DNA of 62,927 nucleotides, filler included, from Octopus bimaculoides (taxonomy: Eukaryota), in the NCBI RefSeq assembly GCF_001194135.2. It is 3 parts of 3 records of this genome, joined end to end, with 100 filler letters (N's around TTAATTAATTAA, not from the genome) between each part and the next. Parts side by side here need not be neighbours in the genome. Positions count along the whole stretch, not along the records: positions 1 to 28,763 come from NC_068987.1; 2 more parts are not named here. The stretch is one strand, 5' to 3'. Positions 1 through 12,497 of the stretch are shown here, piece after piece; position 1 is the first letter of the stretch, and each line of letters begins with the position of its first letter. The notes below the pieces were generated by a model that saw only the letters and a list, made by a program, of their open reading frames with translations, did not search any database and was not told the DNA's origin. The position numbers were made by a program, and so were the translations under genes.

Positions 1-439
1 ATATATATATATAGTTAGATCATAAATCAATGAAGAACGTAGCAAAGTACAGTATAAGGCTCGTCCACCTTCAGATTTCACTCGCTGCTATCCAGCAGTA
101 GTATTATACGTACTCGTAGGTTTGCATCCGGGATTTTGTAGTGTGTGAATGGATAATTGAAGAAGTTGGAGTCATCAAGAAGGAGTACAGAGGGTCATTT
201 ATTTGTAATCACTGCTATTGTTTCAACGCAACACCGTTCTCCAGGTTCGCAAGTATTTGATTATGTAACTGCCTGTCGTGTCTTGCGAGGTAGTAATAAC
301 TACTGTGTATCAATAAATGTGTTGTGGTTGAATGTCTGTTGAAGAAACTGTTTTATATGTGTAGACGGTGTGGGAGGGTGGTTATGCTATGGATGGTAAG
401 AATTGAGGTTCATATTAAAGGGAATGCTATTCTATTTCA

Positions 440-1629
440 TTATACTGTTAATTTATTCTTCATGGTCGGTTACACTGACCATTGACCTAGGCTGAGCTTC
501 AAGAATTCACCGGTCATTCAACTGACTGGTGAATTGAATTCTAGGGTGTTATAATGGAAGCAGTTGAATGCAGATCAGTGATCAGGTTCTTATACTTGAA
601 AGGTCGTACACCAAAAGAGAATTTAGATGAGATGAACAAAGTTTATGGTGACGAGCCCCCATCATACGACGTAGTCAAGCACTGGCGTCGTCAGTTCAAA
701 TATGGCGGGACATCGGTCGAAATTTCTCCCATTCGCAGACGACCACATTCTGCTATTGATAGCGACACCGTATATAAAGTGGAAGCCACAATTTTGGAGG
801 ATTGCCGCATAACTTTTCGGCAACTAGCCCAAGAATTGAAGATAACAGTAGGGACCGTAGAAAAAATAATTCACGATCAGTTGCTCATGCGGAGGTTGTC
901 TGCACGATGGATTCCCCGGATGCTCACACCTTTTCAGCAGCAGGAACGTGTCAATTGCTTCCAGGCTCTTTTGGCAATGTACGAAGAAAACGAGGAGGAC
1001 ATTTTCGGCAGATTTATAACACAGAGTTATCTTTCACTATGATCCTGAGACTAACGTCAATTTGAAGAAATGAAAGCATGATAACTCACCACCTCCAACC
1101 CTCAGAAGGCAAGGTGATGTTCAGAGTAGTGATGACGGATTTGCTTGCAAACGGCAACACAATTAATTATGCTTCTCTGCTGCCGGAATTGAGGGACGCC
1201 ATTTAAGAAAAGAGGCGTAGCATGCTGACCAAAGTAGTCCGCCTCCTTCAAGACAACACCCCAATTCACAATGCGTATATTGCACAGATGAAAGCAAACT
1301 ACTGTAGCTATGAAATCCTTCCTCATCCCACCTACTCTCCCGACCTCGCACCATCTGACTTCCACATCTTTCCAACCAGGAAGTCTTTTTATTCTTAAGG
1401 GAAGTACTTTTGGGATGATGATGAACTCATTTCTGAGGTAAAATCTTGGCTCCAGACACAACCTACCGACTTCAACATATGCAGTCTTCGCAGCTGCATA
1501 AACCGATGAGAGAAGTGTGTCACCATTGGTGGTGGCTATGTAGAGAAGGACCAATAATTATGCCAAGTTTCGTTTATCCCAGTCCTGAGGAAGTGGGTCA
1601 GGGGAAATCTTTAATGAACATCACTCGTA
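440..1629 (+). mobile_element. Mariner DNA transposon, right end present, left terminal repeat not found
   Basis: Ends ...TTAATGAACATCACTCG followed by TA (1628-1629), a mariner-style terminus. No matching inverted copy is visible in 1-550, so the left boundary is approximate. Confidence 0.75.
554..1557 (+). pseudogene. Decayed mariner (DD34D) transposase, irritans/Himar1-like
   Basis: ORF 554-1042 has a mariner N-terminus and WIPRML (WVPREL motif). After frameshifts and stops the frame gives HYDPET, LLQDNTPIH and HPTYSPDLAPSDF, with 34 residues between the second and third D. It ends GGYVEKDQ* at 1555-1557. Confidence 0.93.
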
Positions 1630-3198
1630 AATATTTACACACACACACATACACACACGCACGCGCGCGCGCGCGTACACACGCATATATATAAGAATAA
1701 CATTTTTCGATAAAAAGATTTTATCAGTGACCAGCATATTAAAACACCTTGTAAGGTGAAAATTACAAACAATTATAAATAAGGGCAAAAGATAAAGAGT
1801 CTATGCTAATTTACTGAAAAATAGACTTTAGGTCATCTAACCACATACGATACAATTAGTAGCGCTCAAATGATTTGAACATAGACTCCGAAATATTCAT
1901 CGAGGACTTAGTCGTCGTCGTAAAGTCCTCGTCCAGATGAGCAGATGTGTAGATAATAATGCAAATAAACAAAACTGCTTCAGCTAGAATATATAAAATA
2001 CACATAGATGTATACATGTAAATAGGGAAAAACGAAGTATGAAAATATTCAGACGATGAATATTCATTTATAAATATACAGATATATATATTAAGAGAGC
2101 TTTAGAAAGAGTACAAATACACAGGAATATAAGCAGAGACGGTATGATATCATAGGTCTGACATCTGTTTCTGGAGGCTCGGAATTACTTCATAATGTTG
2201 TCAGATGTAGTATGCAAGATGTGAAGAATATGCAGCAACAATTAAATGCATTTAGCTTTTACCGTAAATCCATCCAACCTCCATCTTCAGGCTGGAAAGT
2301 TTGGTCTCTAACATTTCAAATTATAAGGCAGGGAAATATGAGGTAGAATGTGTGAAGGTGAAGGGAAGGCCAATAGAAGAAAGTGGAGGAGGAAGTTGGC
2401 GGCTCAAGCGAGGGGAATGTTGAATCAAAGAAGGGCAAGAAGAGATAGGAGAGTCAGAGAAGGGAAAGTGTAATACTGAACAGAATGCAAAAGTGTGGTG
2501 CTTTATTATCTCACATACGTCGTTCATATTGCATATATTACAAGATTTACAAAGGTAATACACAATAACTCTTTGTCACAAACAATGTATATGCGCTATT
2601 GCGGTACCTAACTCTTGAACTTGTGAATCCTTTGAAAAATTTCAGATGTGCGCTGTTGCAATTTAACACTTTGTGTTACCAAGTCTTTGTCACCGAATTC
2701 TGTTTTTCTTTGAACTGAACATAAAAGGTGGAAGTAGTTGGGCAACATATCAGTGACTAGGGTAGCATAGTATTGACCGGTCCCGTTTACAGATTGTCTG
2801 TCTTGAAGCCAGATTCTTGTCCGATCATTTTCTCGTTATTTTCTCTCACGTTTTTGGTGTATTCAACAATGTGTCGCTTGCTGTTCACTGTACAACCACA
2901 TTCAATATAATTTTGTAGATAGTGTTAACTCCATAAATAATTGTTAGTCTTCTGTTGTCGTCAGGTAGTCTGAATCCTTTCTTGGCTGTGAAAACAATAA
3001 GGGCACATTGCTTCTGCATGGAACCCATTATTTACCTGCAAAAACAAGAAACATTATTATTAGAAGAAATATTACTCAACCAGCATGTGCAATTGAAAAG
3101 TCCTATGTCAGTTTATATATATGTTATTCACAAATTTGCATTACTTTCTCTATAGCTATGTTTATACACATAAAAACGCTTGCGCGCTCATATGAGTT

Positions 3199-3243
<45 letters not shown>

Positions 3244-5189
3244 ACACACATATATATATATATATGATTATATGTATGTATGAATGTATGTATATGCATT
3301 CATATATGCATATACATGTGTATATTATGTTGAGTGCCCTATTAATGTATGCGCAAAGATATTGAAATCACGCATATATGCTTGTGTAATAATTTTAAAA
3401 ATTTATTTTATTGATAAAATAGGGAATAATTAAAAATGACTCCATTACAGTTATTCGTAAAATTTTAATGCGATGAAATGGAAAAATATTTCCATAATTA
3501 AACAGAAGATTCCCTGGCGATGAAATGTTAAGCCTAAGGTAATTTTCATTATTATTTTACCTAAATGAATTTTTATTGGAACCCTAGCAATGTAATTAAA
3601 CTCATTTCAATTTCAAAACAGTACCTGAAGTTCTAAAAATATAATAGTTGAAAGCATAAATAAAACTGATATGAAATTTTTAAAAAATGTTTATATTTGA
3701 TATGTTTAAATTATTCAAAACTTTATAGAAGAATGGTGAAAGGCCGGAATACAGATTCCCTTAGAAATATGTTATTTCAAAATATGGTAATGAATTCCAA
3801 GACATCTTTAGAGTAGCAAACAACAACTAAGTATATAACCTGTGGCAACTTCAAGGACTTCGAATGATGAACGCTGTTTCTCCTGCATATTAGTTCCCTT
3901 TAACTAGATCACCAAATCAGTGAATGGGTTGCAGTGTTAGAAGTATTCAGAAATAAATAACGGTAAGTAGACTACAAACTACTGAAATTTTCCTCTGCCG
4001 TTCTTTACCTTTTCCCCACCTTTTTACATGTCCATGTCATTTATATGTATCACATGAAGAGCAACCATAACCAGTTGAAAAATGCATTTTTAATAGAACG
4101 TCACTAACATGTTTATTCGGAACTGAATATCAATATTGTTAATGAGTTGTTTAAAATATCGTATTGTAATTAGCTACTCTTCTTTAAAATCTGAGCAGCG
4201 ATTCAGCGTGTCTTTCACTGCTCTGATGTCGTTAAAATAAGTGCCTGAGAAAAAAATCTGTTGCCGGTATGATGTGAATGTTGCGCCATATTTTGGTCAC
4301 CACCACCAAAACAAACTGGATAACGTTCACACATTAAGTTTTTTTGTTCTTTGTTTGGTAAAACTGATGTTTTGAAATAATCTAAATTATCATTCAATAA
4401 GTAATTTATACGAATTTTCTTAATAAAACCAAACATTATAAACAGTATCCAATCATAATTATATGACATTTGTATATTTAATACCAGTATTTTAATAAGA
4501 ACAAGTCAGTGTGATCCGTGAAATACGATGAAAAAATACTCTTTGCTGGAATGCTTATGCTATTAGTTCTCAGATACTAGACAATAACACTAATTTTTCT
4601 TATATTTCATATTTCATATAAAATGGAACAATCATAATAAAATTAGTTATACGATTTTAAAAAAAAGTGATTAATCAACAATGAAGTTGTGCTATCACTT
4701 CAATGACACCACAAAGCCGGCATTTCATCGTAAACCGATTTCATTCTTTCACTTTTTCCCGCAGGCATCACTATCTTTTGAATATGATATAGACTCACTC
4801 ATCTGACAATATCGTCAATGAATATATATGTCAGAAATTGAGACTAGCTGTTCCATAAACTTATCTGAATTTGTCGGCGAAGTTTAAAAATGATATAGAT
4901 GATGCTCCTAGACAAATTAAATCTACGCAAGCTTTTAGAAAAAAAAATGTCGAAAGTAATTTCTACAACCCTTTCAGTTAACTTTCAACATGTAAATGGT
5001 GCATTGATGAATTGGTAGGGAATGATACCGTTGGCAACATTACTGAAGATTTGAGAAGTATACAGCGCAAATCTTTCCTGTTAAATTTAAAGTTTCTTAA
5101 GAGATGCTACCAACATCAAGTGTTTTCTTTGATTTTACTTCGGAGATGACAGATCACGTATTCGGCGGTGTAAGAGGAAGCAGAAAAGA

Positions 5190-5470
5190 CCTATCGATAG
5201 AGTTGTCGTGTTCTCGGTAAACAAAGACCCACTCTCTTCGTCTTATTTCAACTACAATTGTTGCTGTCACGTTGTCACTGGATTTAGTCGCCAAGCCAAA
5301 CCAATTCGGAAGTTGCTTGTCGATTCTGCGGGTATTCGTTTCGGTTCCTTGCACACACACACACTGTCTAGCTTATAAAAGAATAGGTAAGTCTCTTCAC
5401 AATTTAAACAGATTTGTTTTGCTTTTCAGTATTGTTCATCCTTTTGCACACATTATTACTCAGGTAAAAA
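5190..5470 (+). promoter_or_regulatory. Candidate Pol II promoter / first exon
   Basis: Locally CpG-richer stretch with TATCGATA (5192-5199), CCAAT (5301-5305), CGGAAGT (5307-5313), TATAAAAG (5374-5381) and donor-like sites AG|GTAAGT (5387) and CAG|GTAAAA (5464). Motif evidence only. Confidence 0.3.
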
Positions 5471-7349
5471 TTTGCAGACAGTGGGGCTAGTTTAGTGTAC
5501 GCTACATCACCATAAACACTTTGATCATCGCAGGTGCGTCTTAGTTCTGTGTAGTATCACCATGATACCAGTTTCTGCATTCCACAGAATTGTGCGACTA
5601 CAGCTGGAAATGTATCGATTTTCTTCCCTCCGAGTTCATTTTAAGAAATGAATGAAAACTAGACCACTAGCATAACAGAGGGGCTTTCTTTGCAGTGATT
5701 AGGACATCACTACCTTCTGTGACAATGAAATATAGGCATTTCCATGGATTCATCACAGGAAACGTGTACAATAGGCTGGAGCAGGTCCGAATCGCAAGTT
5801 ACCTGCACGACTGCTTTCTCTATTCTTGCAATGGATAAGATGTAAAGACTTGATTAAGACGAAAACATCCCAAAAGAAAGAGTCTTACCAGAAATGACAG
5901 CCATAATATAGGAATACATGTAAGTAAGTATGTACTCTTCTAATTTCAATTATATTAAATCTTTGTCTAAAGAAGGAGGTGGTTTCTACCAAAAAAAAGT
6001 GATTTGAACGTAAATAACAAAACAAATTCGCATTCTAATCTTGAGAAAATTATTTCATATTTGTACTATTGCGCTTCTCGGTTTATATATCTAATGCGCG
6101 TGTTAGCTACTTGATATCTTTTTCTGAAAATCCCAGGTGTTCTAGATTTTAACATAAGCATTTACTCATATATAAATTTATAATCTGAGTATAAAAGTTG
6201 AAGGTTTCGAAGCGGTTGTCTGAAGTTGTCTTCTTTCTCTTTGATTTTCAGAAATATTTACATCAGCAACTCGTCTGGTCTCTATGACAGTACTTAATTT
6301 TTCTTATCTGTCACAATCAACGATATCCAGACTTTCATGTTCGCACTTGGCAGATGTTTTGTTGGGAATGTTGATGTTTGTGTATGTATGTATTCAATAA
6401 CAAGGTAAATTTCTGTATTCTTTGACAGGTATTATACTAGTACAAATATGCAACGAGAAGGAGACAGAAGTAGAGAGAAAAAATAGAGTAGCAGGATGAT
6501 AGTTTGTATATAATGGTAGATGGAAAGATAGATACAGATAATTAAAGTCGTGTTTCCATCATCATTAATAATGACGCAATTCTACCGTTCTGCAGCATGT
6601 ATATGGATAAACTAATATATTATAATAATACGTTAATACGTTTTTCTCTAATGACACTTTATAGCGCAGATGAAAGCTCAAACCAATCCGTTCTACTTAT
6701 CTCAGTTACTGTTATATATCCACTCGTCCTACTAAACACAGACGTTATGAAATCACTATGAATATGATCTGATATAATATAAATAAATATGTCTAAAGTT
6801 TCCGGACAAACAAGTGAAAATAGTTATTTTTATTGTACATTCTCAAGCCCATTCTACATACACATATAAATACAGATATATATATATAAAACCTCAGATA
6901 CACATTCTTGTCTATTACATTCAGAGATACATAGAGACCAATAACTAGTCCAGAGGCTCATATCTCACTGTCTTATCTTCCATACTATTGGCTTTAGACC
7001 CTCAAAGCTATTGGTTTTGTTACTCCTACATTAAACAATACTTAAATCAACTACATCCGTATATCTAGTTAATATTTATTTATCTAAGTCTCCAGACCAT
7101 GCACTCACCACTATACATAATATTTTCTCCCTATAACGTCGGCCTTTTAGAATATTCTCCAGTATTCTCCAGCTATTTGCTGTCTTTGCTACTGAATTAG
7201 AGCAATTTAGACTGAACATCAACGATATTATATCCATTGCACTCGAAGGGCCTGCCGCCAGACTCAGCAATACAAGAAAAGAAGATTTATACACACATAC
7301 ACTCATTAATGCTTATATAAGTACATATTCGAAGTATCTATCTCAGTGC

Positions 7350-7352
<3 letters not shown>

Positions 7353-7428
<76 letters not shown>
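7353..7428. repeat. (TG)n microsatellite
   Basis: Directly visible. Confidence 0.97.
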
Positions 7429-7429
<1 letters not shown>

Positions 7430-8179
7430 CTGCGTGTGTGCATGCGTGCTTTATTTACGTTTTACGACACTCTTTGTAAAATGTAGGGTTCTGAATATGG
7501 AGAGTTGAGGCCATTTTAGATATTAAGTAATAGAATAATAAAATATTTTCTCCTTGCATAAACCTTGAGACATACAATTTGTGCATGTGAGTCGAAGTTC
7601 ATTGTTGATTCGTTTCATAAACACTTAATAGCGTACAAAATTATATTTTGTCACAGATTACACACAGACACACACACACACACATACATATATATATGAA
7701 TATATGTTTGTTTGTATGTATGTATACATGTGTGTTTACACACACATACACACATTTATATCTATATATATTTTGTACAAAAGAAACAAGGTGATATTTT
7801 GCGAACGCAGTATTGTCATTGTAACAGCAGAAATGATAGGTAAATTATCCTTACAAAGCGAGGAAAAAGTTGTTTAGAAACGGTCATAATGCACGAACTC
7901 ACGGATTAGTATGACACAGCTTCGAGCTTTACCATTAAGCCAAACCGCCCGCTAAGTGCGTCTTTTGCTGATTTTAGACGTTAAATAGCTTAGTTCTGCT
8001 GTTCTAAAGGTAATACTGTGTTAAAAGAATCATCTTGGTTTTATCGTAAAATACACATTTTGGCGCTTCTAATGAAAACAAACGAAAGTATATTTATACA
8101 CATGTGATATGCATATATGTTTGTTTGTATGTACGCATGGGTGTATGCACACACACTTACTCCTGAAATTAATGCGAAA

Positions 8180-9170
8180 GAGGGTGTAAAGGTTTCAAAA
8201 TGATCATGTTAGGTTTATTTCTTTCTCTCATGTTATGCTACTTAAAAGAGTTTCCATAATATCAAATGCAATTGTGCCTTCGTTGAATCCAGCTCTCAGA
8301 TTCTACAAAGAAATTTCGGTTTTCACAGTTGTACTCCCTTTTTTTTATAATCATTGAACTGTACCATTATCAGCTGCAGGGCAACATATCTTTAAAGCGA
8401 ATGAGAAACCACTAACGAATTAGTTTCTCGGATTAACTGCATTTTAGATACAATTATGAGTAGCTGAATATTATAATGCTAAATGTGGTTCGCTTTAATA
8501 TTCCTCTTCGCTTTCTTCCTCGTAATTGATTCGTTACGCGTTGTGAGTGTCTCCTGCAAACCAAAGAGTATGGCACACTTACCGTCCTAGGAAACAGTCA
8601 ACATGAACTTTTTGGCCTATTATTGGTTTTTGAAGTTTCTTAGTTCTAGGTGGAGAGGTAAGAGGCCATTCAGTTGAGCGAACCTTCGTTTCCGGATCGT
8701 ACAGTTACATTTATGTTTCATAACTTGCCAGCAGATCGAAAGTAAACATTCTTTTTTTGACCCCAAGATCTTCCAGCAGATCAGTGCATATCTCCACTCT
8801 TCCCTCCCTCAAACAGGGAGCCAACTGCCTAAGTATCCGCTTTGAACACACTTTCCGTTACCTATCAATTTTCACCATCTTTTTAATGCATTGTGACGAG
8901 TGTTTATTTAAGCAGCAAGCTCACTGATTGTGACTCGTCCTTCCGCGCAAATCAGTTTCTCCACTCACTGGTGACTCGCAGTCTCCGATGGTCCCACAGA
9001 GCATGGCTTACCATCTCTAAAATCTTATTTATCCGTCTGCACACATTCAGTTAGTGAATGCTGTAATCTTTCTAAACAATATATAACCATTTGTAGATGT
9101 CGGAGGGCATGCACCTCTCCTACGTTAAGAAATCCCTGATGACATGATACCTTTGTTTGGAACCCTTTAT
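8180..9170 (-). mobile_element. Second, highly decayed mariner transposon (absent from ORF track)
   Basis: Manual minus-strand translation across frameshifts gives VI-DFLT*ERCMPSDIYK, VEKLICAEGRVTISELAA, KVCSKRILRQL, RVEICTDLLE and LYDPETKVRSTEWPLTSPPRTKK (about 8640-8705). These are in the same order as the HTH, linker and catalytic regions of mariner transposases. Confidence 0.75.
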
Positions 9171-9382
9171 TTGCCTGCGATGAAAAGGAAAACGTACCTA
9201 CGACAAAAGACTTACTTTATTAACTTAGGTAATTTGACCGACTGATGTCAGTTCGTAAAAAAGCTATGCCAAAAGAAGTTATGTATTTCGTTCAGTAGAA
9301 CACATATATACGCATGAATATATATATATGTATGCATGTACGGATGTATGTATGTGTACAGACACATATGCCCTTGTGTGTA

Positions 9383-9435
<53 letters not shown>

Positions 9436-10552
9436 ATGTGTGTGTAGAAATATTTGCGCATTCATTGATTGTTAAAATACATATAAAAGGGGGAAATGGA
9501 ATTCTATTGTCATAATGAAAGTAATGAATATATTTGATATATAGTTATCTAGTTAATTTAGATGATAACCGAAATTATTGATTAGAAAGGAGATCCTACT
9601 GTCACGAGCTGGTTAACTAGAAACTATTTAATATATTACAAATTTACAAGATAATAGCTAAAACATCGCCATTTTAAAATATTATTTTGTCTAAAATTTG
9701 TAGGATTCGCGCCTCCTTCAAGATGACAACGGAAATAATTTAATGTATATTTTCTAATACTCATTGCTGGAATAATAAGAGTTTATACCTTGAAGCGCAT
9801 ATGATGTCGTCAAAAGACATACAGGAAGCAATTGAAGTATGAAGAAAAAGATACGATGAGCGAAAAAATAAGAAAAAGAAAATCACATCGCAGAAAGAAA
9901 GAATGGGGAAGAGATATAAGAAATAGAAAGACGGAAGTGTTTGTGATAGAAATAATGAAAGAAGGATACAAGAGAAATGAATATAGTTGCCAAAACAACC
10001 CTGCCATATTTTACTAATCAAACGGAAAGAAAAAAAAATGGTAGCGCCTGGTAAAATAATCGACAGAAGTGGTATAATGCTGACATCAAACAGACTCACT
10101 GGAGATTAACTTAGGAAAGTCATCTCACCACTGAAGAATGTAGTTTATATTACTTTCTGTTCCCAACTAGAAGACTACCAGACATCGAGGCGTTGTTTTC
10201 TCAGAAATTGTATGAATTCTTCTCAAAGCTTATCTAATTTTTATCCATTACAGATGCGCCAAAGAGATAATCCATGAACATGATTTCAGTTGTCCCAAAA
10301 CACCATCTGATATTTCTCTTGGGGATTTTTAATTCATTATTTCTAAAATTGACGTTAGTTCTACTTTGAGAAAGGGAAGCACTTGATTATTCAAGCTTCA
10401 TTCACTCTTAACAGCTATCCCCATAAATCTGTTCTTGTCTATATCTGTTTTTCTATCGAACTCTCACTCTCACTCTCTATCATTCTTTCTCTGTCTATGT
10501 CATCCTTTGTGTCTCTATTTCTTTACTTATTTCTTTTTCTCTCTCAGTCTCA

Positions 10553-10629
<77 letters not shown>

Positions 10630-10637
10630 CCTGTCTG

Positions 10638-10700
<63 letters not shown>
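10553..10700. repeat. Compound tetranucleotide (ATCT)n-(GTCT)n-(ATCT)n
   Basis: Directly visible. Confidence 0.97.
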
Positions 10701-11957
10701 GTTCTACCTATCTCTCTATTAAGAATGAATTTATCTGCTTCTCTAACCATTATTTACTTTTTCAAGCAATCGAAACATTTTTATATCTAATTCACTTTCC
10801 CCTTTCTGTCACTATATTCTACGTGCTTCGCAATTAGTATTTCTTTAAATACCTTTTCCAAAACAATTTCGTAGTCTCTTAAACGTAGTTCTTTAAGTCT
10901 TATCTTGATTAAACACCCCTTCACTCATTCAATAAATCTATGCAACTCTTGGATTCTAAAAGCTTCTTACACGTTCTTTCTCCTATGCTGTACGGTCTCT
11001 TAAATTATTTACTGTTTTTCTAAAATGCTTGTCTTCAAATTTAATCTTTACGAATATTATTATGCTTATTTTCTGGCAAAAGAACATTTAAAGACATTTC
11101 TAAACAATTCACCTCTTCCGAAAGTAACTTCGAATTCAAACAAACACGTTTCGTCTCTCTCCCCTCTCTCTCTCCCTCTCTCTCCCACTTTCTCTCTCTC
11201 CCACTTTCTCTCTCTCTCTTACTTACGCTCGCACACATTCTTTCTTTCTTATTATATATTTTTCCTTCTTTTTCATTGGATTCCTGTTATTTATTAAATA
11301 TGTTTCGTTACGTATAGAAAGTTGGTTATACGCAATACAAAATGTTAACTGTATTTTGCTTCACTTCATCTATCAATTCTTATCCTCTTTATATTCCTTA
11401 AAAGAACATACTTGGTGGTGGTGGTGGTGGTTCTGTAGTTTGTCTCCAGATTGATACTGATAGTTCTTACATATGACCTAAAACGATGTAACGGATATCT
11501 GTCTGATTTTCTTCTTCAGACACAGCGTACCTTGGACTACGTTAGTCATTGTGACCTTCCAATTTTTTCGAAGATATACGTGATGCACAAGAAGATAGAT
11601 TTAACTGTCACCTGTTGCTAGGTTCGTCGCTTGCTTCAGTAGATCACATATGCAGTTAGCAACTGCCTAATCCATAACATTTTCTCCATTGCCATATTCA
11701 CCGGTTTTGTATAAAATCTATTCCATAGCTAAAATCTATTCCATATCTAACTAAGGTGTATATGCAAGACTTAAACTGTACATGACTCTTTTTGAAAGAC
11801 AGCAATCTCATTAGTGAAGTCGGTAACTCAAATGTACAAAGCGACGAAAAGAAATGCAATGAGGTTAATAAAAGGACTGTTCTTCTAGCTCAATAACCTA
11901 TCTAAACAATGAATCTTTCAGTAATCTGGTTGGTGAAGTAAAGTATGTAGATATGTA

Positions 11958-12497
11958 TAAATTTCATTGTTCAGTTTTATTTCAAGATTTCTAACCTAGA
12001 TCCTAGGCTCCTTCAATGGAATGTCAACATCAACAAGGTATTTTTGCATGTATGCATGTATGTATGTATGTATATATATGTGTGTTTTGCTTTATGTGTA
12101 TATTCTCATGCATATAGTTGTATATCTAGACATGCTCATATATACTTAAATGATAAACCTCTGGAAAATATTACAGATCTTTTACTGTTCCAATGATGGA
12201 TTGCATCTGTAGTCTTCGAATTAGCTTTCTCCTTTCTGGTTTTGAGAAGTCTAGTTTCTCAAGATTGGTATTTAGGCAGTGTATTTCATATCCCAGGGCC
12301 CCTATAATTACAGGTATAAACCTGAACTGGTAACCTGGATAGAGTAACTGCAGATTTCTCAATAGTTCAGCATAGGTGTTCTCTTTTTCACTGATCTTCA
12401 GCTTTATGTTAACATTCGCTGGGCAGGTAATTTCCACAACTATACACAGTTTCTCTTCTCAATCCCAAATCATTATATCAGGTCTGTTGTGCTTTAT
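11958..12497 (-). mobile_element. 3' fragment of a non-LTR retrotransposon with restriction-like endonuclease (R4/NeSL/CRE type)
   Basis: KHNRPDIMIWD*EEKLCIVVEITCPANVNIKLKISEKENTYAELL...FIPVIIGALG...IGTVK matches the PD..D/E..K endonuclease C-terminus. A 3' UTR follows. The copy is 5'-truncated next to (ACAT)n-type repeats. Confidence 0.85.

Noticed and set aside
1901-1931. Hairpin CGAGGACTT/AAGTCCTCG as a terminator or small RNA
   Set aside because: A single 9-bp stem is expected by chance in 63 kb and there is no supporting context.
4765-5150. Stop-poor frame after a good acceptor (DNIVNEYICQKLRL...CKWCIDELVG)
   Set aside because: Several in-frame stops and no recognisable family.
7076-7306. 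76-aa ORF with a signal-peptide-like start
   Set aside because: It starts in a microsatellite-like stretch, I recognise no family, and ORFs of this length are common by chance.
9750-10110. Lys/Arg-rich pseudo-ORF
   Set aside because: Purine-rich composition explains the scarcity of stops; internal stops are present and there is no recognisable homologue.
11712-11747. 18-bp tandem duplication taaaatctattccata(g/t)c
   Set aside because: Ordinary local slippage with no wider pattern.
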